NCBI GenBank assembly: GCA_002269645.1
Contig: NIVC01004153.1
Coordinates: 1-57,665 of the forward strand
Length of the DNA: 57,665 bases
Origin: Macrostomum lignano
Lineage: Eukaryota
Direction of reading: 5' to 3'
This document shows, piece after piece, positions 56,075-57,665 of this stretch. Both the position numbers and the translations under genes were made by a program. Position 1 is the first letter of the stretch. Every line of letters starts with the position of its first letter. The notes below the pieces were generated by a model, which was not told the origin of the DNA, did not search any database, and worked only from the letters and a program-made list of their open reading frames with translations.

Positions 56075-57537
56075 AACTGTCCTGCTCTGGCTTATCAGGC
56101 CGTGAATTCGGTTCGGAAAGGAAAGAAGGGCTTGTTTTGCTTAGCGATAGCGTACATGAATTAATTAGGTATACTGTTTTGTGTTTCCCCGAATTTTGTG
56201 TTGTTTGTGTCTTCCTATGCTTTTATTGGTTTATAATCGAATATTAAACGATCGGTACGGATGGAAGTGAAGTAATTTTGTAAGCTTTTTATTTCGCTTC
56301 GCATATTCTATTTGAAATTGAGATGCAAGCTACGCAAGTTTTTTATCTAGATCTGTAACAAATAACCATTGTGCATAAGTATTTAATGCATTCCATTTTA
56401 TTGATTATTCAGACATTTTGTAGCGACAGTGTAATTGTCTTAATTTTTTCTTAAGTTCTTCCATTCCGTCCACTGTGTTACCTGTTGTGGTTGGAAGCTT
56501 TTGACTTTAGTGCTTCGTAGTTTTTTAATCCAACAAACAAATATTTTCCTGAACTTATTTTCCATTTATAATGAAACATTTTTTGTTTTTCTACATCGCA
56601 TTCACATAAAGCGAGGGAACTTGTAAAAATTTTGCAAAATTACGGCAGATGTTTTAAAATACAGTTAAATACATGCTTTTCTACTTACGTAAGTAGACAG
56701 TATGGCATATGGAAATTGCCTATAATTATTGAACTTGTGAAATTTTCAAAAATAACTAAAGCCTCGATTTGAATCTAATGCTTTATTCTTATGATTTTTT
56801 TCTCTACCTGTACATAATTAATTGATAAAAATGTCATTAAATGAAGTACTGCAAAATGCTGGCTCCTAGTAATGTATACCATTTAGAAATTTCCCATCAA
56901 AACATTTTCCAATTTAAGCTACTCAGTCGTAGCATATCAGATAGACAATGCACTCTTAACATTTATTGACAGGCAGTCTGCAAATGGCAATACGAATTCC
57001 GGGGGGGGCTTGATTAAGCGCGCGCATTTGAAACTGCTCTACGTGACACAAGCGGGCATTTCAAATGCAGGCGTCTGGAACAAGCGCACATTTTTAACAC
57101 TGATTGACTCTGGTGCAAGAGCGCATTTCAAATGTACCTTTCTGGCACAGGCCCGCATCTGAATGCCACTTGAGCTCGGTTGATTTATGGTGTGGATGTT
57201 TTACACTTTTAAGGTATTTTGATGATTTGGCCCCTCCCCTCAAGTGAGTGCAGCTCAAGCGAAAAGGGGTGGAAAGTGTGAGACAAAGAGGGCGCTAGTC
57301 TGTCAGGTGATGTACATCTTTTGTGGTCCTAAATGTACAATCACAATGGGTCACAGAATTATCTGTGAGGTGACTGCCGTCAAAATTGTCTGCGCGCTTG
57401 TGTCACAGCCGCGTCTGCGCGCTTGTGCGCGCTTATTCAGCCTCCCCTTTGGTCTTTGTTTTTCAAACTGTCCTGCTCTGGCTTATCAGGCCGTGAATTC
57501 GGTTCGGAAAGGAAAGAAGGGCTTGTTTTGCTTAGCG
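56075..57537 (+). repeat. Identical 72-bp direct repeats at 56075-56146 and 57466-57537
   Basis: AACTGTCCTGCTCTGGCTTATCAGG...GTTTTGCTTAGCG present twice. Confidence 0.85.
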
Positions 57538-57665
57538 TACAAACTATAACCCCTGGTCCGTGCCTGGCCTAGTGAGTCACCGAAATCGCTCACTCCCGCC
57601 CGTCTCTCACCCGACCCCAAACTCTCTATTTGCCTGCCCTATCCTGCCTGCCCCCCCCATTCACA

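Overview
Animal genomic DNA. Gene style and minisatellite-filled introns suggest a macrostomid flatworm such as Macrostomum (inference only). (1) 1-10464: right-hand part of an endogenous Polinton/Maverick (adintovirus-like) dsDNA virus, with major and minor capsid, A32/FtsK ATPase, adenain protease, lectin-tipped fibre, HNH nuclease and a PLA2X-integrase fusion. pPolB and the left end are not in the window. The main discovery is a complete 302-nt subgroup IC1 group I self-splicing intron (8120-8421) that splits the PLA2 motif NFTG|PGT of the integrase gene. It ends in A rather than the canonical omega-G and sits 106 nt downstream of a free-standing HNH gene. The virus also carries arrays of GC-rich triloop mini-hairpins, one inserted in frame in the ATPase. 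(2) About 10.5-18.7 kb: decayed TEs (Merlin, RNase H LINE, MITEs) with CpG erased and repeated TGG>TAG changes. (3) 18.7-55.4 kb: ten host genes, all on the + strand: cyclin B, HDAC11, C14orf119-like, two paralogous CUB/C-type-lectin-like membrane proteins, calmodulin-like, IAH1 and three intronless KIF3A copies. Two antisense intronic initiator tRNA-Met genes are present, and most long introns hold their own minisatellite. All alignments, folds and counts were done by eye; no searches were run.
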